Assembly: GCF_036507355.1 (NCBI RefSeq)
Contig: NZ_AP027877.1
Length of the DNA: 64,000 nucleotides
Origin: Escherichia coli
GTDB lineage: Bacteria > Pseudomonadota > Gammaproteobacteria > Enterobacterales > Enterobacteriaceae
Reading direction: 5' to 3' (one strand)
How positions within the stretch are numbered: position 1 is the first letter of the stretch; each line of letters begins with the position of its first letter. The notes under the pieces were generated by a model. That model was not told the origin of the DNA and did no database searches. It worked only from the letters and a program-made list of their open reading frames with translations. Positions 59,223-64,000 of this stretch are shown one piece after another. Position numbers and translations under genes: made by a program.

Positions 59223-60922
59223 GCCAGAGAATTACTATTGATCCGGTAACCCGTATTGAGGGGCATTTACGCATCGATTGCGAAATCGAAAATGGCGTCG
59301 TTTCGAAAGCATGGGCTTCCGGTACCATGTGGCGCGGCATGGAAGAGATCGTGAAAAACCGCGATCCGCGCGATGCATGGATGATTGTGCAACGTATCTG
59401 TGGCGTATGTACTACCACTCACGCGCTGTCTTCCGTTCGTGCGGCAGAAAGTGCGCTGAATATCAACGTTCCGGTTAACGCGCAATACATCCGTAACATC
59501 ATTCTGGCTGCGCACACCACGCATGACCATATCGTTCATTTCTATCAGCTTTCGGCGCTGGACTGGGTGGACATCACTTCTGCACTGCAAGCTGACCCAA
59601 CCAAAGCCTCCGAAATGCTGAAAGGCGTTTCGACCTGGCATCTGAACAGTCCGGAAGAGTTCACTAAAGTTCAGAACAAGATCAAAGATCTGGTTGCCAG
59701 CGGTCAGTTGGGTATTTTCGCCAATGGCTACTGGGGTCACCCGGCGATGAAACTGCCGCCGGAAGTGAACCTGATTGCGGTAGCGCACTACCTGCAGGCG
59801 CTGGAGTGCCAGCGTGACGCTAACCGCGTCGTGGCGCTGCTGGGCGGTAAAACGCCGCACATTCAGAACCTGGCGGTAGGTGGTGTCGCGAACCCGATCA
59901 ACCTCGACGGTTTGGGCGTGCTGAACCTTGAGCGCCTGATGTACATCAAGTCTTTCATCGACAAGCTGAGCGACTTTGTTGAACAGGTTTATAAGGTTGA
60001 TACCGCAGTTATTGCCGCGTTCTACCCGGAATGGCTGACGCGCGGTAAAGGTGCGGTGAACTACCTGAGCGTGCCGGAATTCCCGACCGACAGTAAAAAC
60101 GGCAGCTTCCTGTTCCCGGGCGGCTACATTGAGAATGCGGATCTGTCCTCGTATCGTCCGATCACTTCTCATTCCGATGAATACCTGATCAAAGGCATTC
60201 AGGAAAGCGCGAAGCACTCCTGGTATAAAGACGAAGCGCCGCAGGCACCGTGGGAAGGTACCACCATTCCGGCTTATGATGGTTGGTCTGACGACGGGAA
60301 ATATTCCTGGGTGAAATCACCGACTTTCTACGGCAAAACGGTAGAAGTGGGTCCGCTGGCTAATATGCTGGTGAAACTGGCGGCAGGTCGCGAATCTACC
60401 CAGAACAAACTGAATGAAATCGTTGCGATTTATCAGAAACTGACTGGTAACACGCTGGAAGTGGAGCAACTGCACTCTACGCTGGGCCGTATTATTGGTC
60501 GTACCGTTCACTGCTGTGAATTGCAGGATATCCTGCAAAACCAATACAGTGCACTGATCACCAATATCGGCAAAGGCGATCACACCACCTTTGTGAAGCC
60601 GAACATTCCGGCAACGGGTGAGTTCAAAGGTGTTGGCTTCCTCGAAGCGCCGCGCGGTATGCTCTCTCACTGGATGGTTATTAAAGACGGTATCATCAGC
60701 AACTACCAGGCGGTTGTTCCATCAACCTGGAACTCTGGTCCGCGTAACTTCAATGATGACGTCGGTCCTTACGAGCAGTCGCTGGTGGGTACACCGGTTG
60801 CCGATCCGAATAAACCGCTGGAAGTGGTGCGTACCATTCACTCCTTCGACCCGTGCATGGCCTGTGCGGTACACGTAGTGGATGCTGACGGCAACGAAGT
60901 GGTTTCAGTGAAGGTTCTGTAA
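59219..60922 (+). CDS. hybC: Hydrogenase-2 large subunit [NiFe]
   Basis: 567 aa; N-terminal RIEGH...CGVC and C-terminal DPCMACAVH Ni-binding motifs. Confidence 0.96.
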   Translation: MSQRITIDPVTRIEGHLRIDCEIENGVVSKAWASGTMWRGMEEIVKNRDPRDAWMIVQRICGVCTTTHALSSVRAAESALNINVPVNAQYIRNIILAAHTTHDHIVHFYQLSALDWVDITSALQADPTKASEMLKGVSTWHLNSPEEFTKVQNKIKDLVASGQLGIFANGYWGHPAMKLPPEVNLIAVAHYLQALECQRDANRVVALLGGKTPHIQNLAVGGVANPINLDGLGVLNLERLMYIKSFIDKLSDFVEQVYKVDTAVIAAFYPEWLTRGKGAVNYLSVPEFPTDSKNGSFLFPGGYIENADLSSYRPITSHSDEYLIKGIQESAKHSWYKDEAPQAPWEGTTIPAYDGWSDDGKYSWVKSPTFYGKTVEVGPLANMLVKLAAGRESTQNKLNEIVAIYQKLTGNTLEVEQLHSTLGRIIGRTVHCCELQDILQNQYSALITNIGKGDHTTFVKPNIPATGEFKGVGFLEAPRGMLSHWMVIKDGIISNYQAVVPSTWNSGPRNFNDDVGPYEQSLVGTPVADPNKPLEVVRTIHSFDPCMACAVHVVDADGNEVVSVKVL

Positions 60923-61416
60923 TGCGTATTTTAGTCTTAGGGGTCGGCAATATTTTGCTGACCGATGAAGCCATCGGTGTGCGGATTGTCGAAGCGTTAG
61001 AGCAACGATACATTCTGCCGGATTATGTTGAGATCCTCGATGGCGGCACGGCGGGAATGGAGCTGCTTGGCGACATGGCAAATCGCGATCATCTGATTAT
61101 TGCGGATGCCATTGTGTCGAAGAAGAGCGCGCCGGGAACGATGATGATCCTGCGGGATGAAGAAGTTCCGGCGTTGTTTACCAACAAAATCTCTCCGCAT
61201 CAGCTTGGCCTGGCCGACGTCTTGTCGGCCCTGCGCTTCACCGGCGAGTTTCCGAAAAAGCTGACCCTGGTCGGCGTAATTCCGGAATCGCTGGAGCCAC
61301 ACATCGGCTTAACGCCGACGGTTGAAGCAATGATTGAACCTGCGCTTGAGCAGGTTCTGGCTGCGCTGCGCGAATCAGGCGTGGAAGCCATCCCACGGGA
61401 GGAAGCTCATGACTGA
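60922..61416 (+). CDS. hybD: Hydrogenase-2 maturation endopeptidase
   Basis: 164 aa, MRILVLGVGNILLTDEAIG. Confidence 0.93.
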   Translation: MRILVLGVGNILLTDEAIGVRIVEALEQRYILPDYVEILDGGTAGMELLGDMANRDHLIIADAIVSKKSAPGTMMILRDEEVPALFTNKISPHQLGLADVLSALRFTGEFPKKLTLVGVIPESLEPHIGLTPTVEAMIEPALEQVLAALRESGVEAIPREEAHD

Positions 61417-61897
61417 AGAGATAGCAGGCTTCCAGACCTCCCCGAAGGCGCAAGTACAGGCAGCATTTGAAGAAATTGCCCGGCGTTCGATGCACGATCT
61501 CTCTTTTCTGCATCCTTCAATGCCGGTGTATGTTTCTGATTTTACGCTGTTCGAAGGTCAGTGGACGGGGTGTGTGATCACCCCGTGGATGCTGAGTGCG
61601 GTTATCTTCCCCGGCCCGGATCAACTCTGGCCGCTGCGCAAAGTGAGTGAAAAAATTGGTCTGCAACTGCCGTATGGCACCATGACCTTTACCGTTGGCG
61701 AACTGGACGGTGTTTCGCAATACCTCTCCTGTTCGCTGATGTCACCGCTTTCGCACAGTATGTCGATTGAAGAGGGCCAACGCCTGACGGATGACTGCGC
61801 ACGAATGATCCTTTCACTGCCAGTCACGAATCCGGATGTACCACACGCAGGGCGTCGCGCCCTGCTGTTTGGTCGCAGGAGTGGCGAAAATGCATGA
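61409..61897 (+). CDS. hybE: Hydrogenase-2 operon chaperone HybE
   Basis: ORF 61334..61897; start at ATG 61409 (MTEEIAGFQ..., 162 aa), overlapping the hybD stop. Confidence 0.88.
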   Translation: MTEEIAGFQTSPKAQVQAAFEEIARRSMHDLSFLHPSMPVYVSDFTLFEGQWTGCVITPWMLSAVIFPGPDQLWPLRKVSEKIGLQLPYGTMTFTVGELDGVSQYLSCSLMSPLSHSMSIEEGQRLTDDCARMILSLPVTNPDVPHAGRRALLFGRRSGENA

Positions 61898-62231
61898 GTT
61901 GTCGCTTTGCCAGAGTGCCGTTGAAATTATCCAACGGCAGGCGGAGCAGCACGATGTTAAGCGCGTCACCGCCGTGTGGCTGGAAATTGGCGCGCTCTCC
62001 TGCGTTGAGGAGAGCGCCGTCCGTTTTAGTTTTGAAATTGTCTGCCACGGAACGGTGGCGCAAGGGTGCGATTTACATATCGTCTATAAACCCGCCCAGG
62101 CCTGGTGCTGGGATTGCAGCCAGGTGGTGGAGATTCATCAGCACGATGCGCAGTGTCCGCTCTGTCACGGCGAGCGGTTGCGTGTCGATACCGGCGATTC
62201 GCTGATCGTCAAAAGTATTGAAGTTGAATAA
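61890..62231 (+). CDS. hybF: Hydrogenase nickel-incorporation protein (HypA paralog)
   Basis: ORF 61836..62231; start at ATG 61890 (MHELSLCQSAVEII..., 113 aa); CxxC...CPLCHG zinc motif. Confidence 0.9.
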   Translation: MHELSLCQSAVEIIQRQAEQHDVKRVTAVWLEIGALSCVEESAVRFSFEIVCHGTVAQGCDLHIVYKPAQAWCWDCSQVVEIHQHDAQCPLCHGERLRVDTGDSLIVKSIEVE

Positions 62232-62243
62232 CCGGAGTTAACA

Positions 62244-62492
62244 ATGTGTATTGGCGTTCCAGGCCAGGTGCTGGCTGTCGGTGAAGATATTCACCAGCTT
62301 GCGCAGGTTGAAGTATGTGGTATCAAGCGCGACGTGAATATCGCCCTGATTTGTGAAGGTAACCCTGCCGATCTACTGGGCCAGTGGGTGCTGGTACACG
62401 TCGGATTTGCCATGAGCATCATCGACGAAGATGAAGCCAAAGCCACATTAGACGCACTGCGCCAAATGGATTACGACATTACCAGCGCGTGA
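62244..62492 (+). CDS. hybG: Hydrogenase maturation chaperone (HypC paralog)
   Basis: 82 aa beginning MCIGVPGQV. Confidence 0.92.
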
Positions 62493-62499
62493 TGATTAG

Positions 62500-62610
62500 C
62501 TTTCGTAGGTCTGATAAGACGCGGCAGCGTCGCATCAGGCATTGTGCTCGATTGCCGGATGCGGCGTGAACGCCTTATCCGGCCTGGATGGCTTGCTGCG
62601 ACGAACGCTA
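62500..62610. repeat. REP element(s) between hybG and yghU
   Basis: gtaggtctgataagacgcggcagcgtcgcatcaggc and gccggatgcggcgtgaacgccttatccggcc palindromic units. Confidence 0.75.
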
Positions 62611-62614
62611 ACCC

Positions 62615-63481
62615 TTACCCCTGACGCTTATCTTCCGTATTCGTCTCAAAATCACTGGCGTCATGGCGCTCATGCAACTGCTCGTTCAGCGGCCCGTTGG
62701 TGCGGTTAACAATACGCCCACGTTTCACCGCCGGACGTTCGCCCACTTCTTTTGCCCAGCGTTGCACATGCTTATAACTGCCCGCATCAAGAAACTCTGC
62801 GGCATCATATACGCCGCCTAATACCACATTGCCAAACCACGGCCAAATCGCCATATCCGCAATGGTGTACTCATCGCCCGCAACAAACTTATGCTGCGCC
62901 AGTTGCTTATCCAGCACGTCGAGCAGACGTTTGGCTTCCATGGTAAAGCGATTGATGGCGTACTCAATTTTCACCGGCGCGTAATGGTAAAAGTGACCAA
63001 AACCACCGCCGAGGAACGGCGCGGCACCCTGTAGCCAGAACAGCCAGTTCATTGCTTCAGTACGTTTAGCCAGATCCTGCGGCAAGAAGTAGCCAAATTT
63101 TTCTGCCAGATAAAGCAGGATCGAACCAGACTCAAACACGCGGATCGGCGGATTATGCGTATGATCGCGCAGCGCCGGGATCTTCGAGTTTGGGTTCACT
63201 TCGACAAAGCCGCTGGAGAATTGATCGCCATCGCCTATGCGTATCAGCCAGGCGTCGTACTCTGCACCAGTAACGCCCAGCGCCAGCAGCTCCTCAAGCA
63301 TAATCGTTACTTTCTGACCGTTCGGCGTTCCCAGCGAATAAAGTTGCAATGGATGTTTGCCAACGGGCAGCGTTTTTTCATGCGTCGGACCAGAAACCGG
63401 GCGATTGATATTGGCGAACGCGCCGCCAGCGGATTTATCCCACGTCCAGACTTTCGCGGGCTGATAAGTATTGTCTGTCAT
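62615..63481 (-). CDS. yghU: Glutathione S-transferase-like disulfide reductase (Nu class)
   Basis: ORF 62615..63529; start at ATG 63481 (MTDNTYQPAKVWTWDKSAGG..., 288 aa). Confidence 0.9.
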   Translation of the reverse strand: MTDNTYQPAKVWTWDKSAGGAFANINRPVSGPTHEKTLPVGKHPLQLYSLGTPNGQKVTIMLEELLALGVTGAEYDAWLIRIGDGDQFSSGFVEVNPNSKIPALRDHTHNPPIRVFESGSILLYLAEKFGYFLPQDLAKRTEAMNWLFWLQGAAPFLGGGFGHFYHYAPVKIEYAINRFTMEAKRLLDVLDKQLAQHKFVAGDEYTIADMAIWPWFGNVVLGGVYDAAEFLDAGSYKHVQRWAKEVGERPAVKRGRIVNRTNGPLNEQLHERHDASDFETNTEDKRQG

Positions 63482-63685
63482 AGTGAGTTGCCTTCTGAGT
63501 GGTAGTGTTGAAGCAGTGTAGCAGGTCACTTGCTGTACAGAATGTGAATTTTTTAACCCTTTGCGCCAGCCGCTGCGATGAGGTGTATGATTAGTCTGAC
63601 CTCTGTCCGGTTAATGTCGCTGAGCAGGTAATCAGAGCACAACAATTACGCCAACTGCTTAGGTTGTATTGTTAAAGGTAAAGTG

Positions 63686-64000
63686 ATGAGCAAAGGAACG
63701 ACCAGCCAGGATGCCCCGTTCGGGACATTATTGGGCTACGCCCCAGGTGGGGTAGCAATCTACTCTTCAGATTACAGTTCTCTCGATCCGCAGGAATACG
63801 AAGATGACGCCGTATTCCGTAGCTATATCGACGACGAATATATGGGCCACAAATGGCAATGCGTTGAATTTGCTCGCCGTTTTCTCTTTCTGAACTACGG
63901 TGTGGTCTTTACTGACGTGGGTATGGCGTGGGAGATTTTCTCGCTGCGCTTCCTGCGTGAAGTGGTTAATGACAACATCCTGCCATTGCAGGCATTTCCT
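63686..64000 (+). CDS. gss: Bifunctional glutathionylspermidine synthetase/amidase, 5' part (runs off window end)
   Basis: ATG 63686, MSKGTTSQDAPFGTLLGYAPGGVAIYSSDY...; CHAP-type amidase domain N-terminus; divergent from yghU. Confidence 0.88.
   Translation, partial: MSKGTTSQDAPFGTLLGYAPGGVAIYSSDYSSLDPQEYEDDAVFRSYIDDEYMGHKWQCVEFARRFLFLNYGVVFTDVGMAWEIFSLRFLREVVNDNILPLQAFP

Overview
This window is a contiguous stretch of Escherichia coli-type chromosome, running from the 3' end of tsaD through the ttd operon to the hyb hydrogenase-2 operon, yghU and the 5' end of gss. It is in reverse orientation relative to the K-12 MG1655 map (roughly the 3.13-3.21 Mb region, from memory). About 70 protein-coding genes were recognised from the translations, and every long non-antisense ORF maps to a known E. 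coli protein family. I found no CRISPR array, prophage, tRNA/rRNA gene or unexplained multi-gene island, so I do not see evidence for a previously undescribed system here. The strain-specific or otherwise notable features are: (1) a complete 768-bp IS1 with a perfect 9-bp target-site duplication inserted after codon 17 of yqiJ, upstream of the yqiJ-yqiK (NfeD/flotillin) pair; (2) two tandem ~377-bp copies of a Sib/Ibs type I toxin-antitoxin unit between hldE and yqiK, with diverged toxin C-termini; (3) a 34-bp convergent glgS/ubiK junction where K-12 (from memory) carries the ygiL-yqiGHI fimbrial operon; (4) an intact dienelactone-hydrolase-family yghX ORF, which I recall as a pseudogene in K-12; (5) the ribB FMN riboswitch and several REP/BIME repeats. 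All calls come from reading the sequence and ORF translations and from recalled knowledge of E. coli; no database search was run, and boundaries of non-coding features are approximate.
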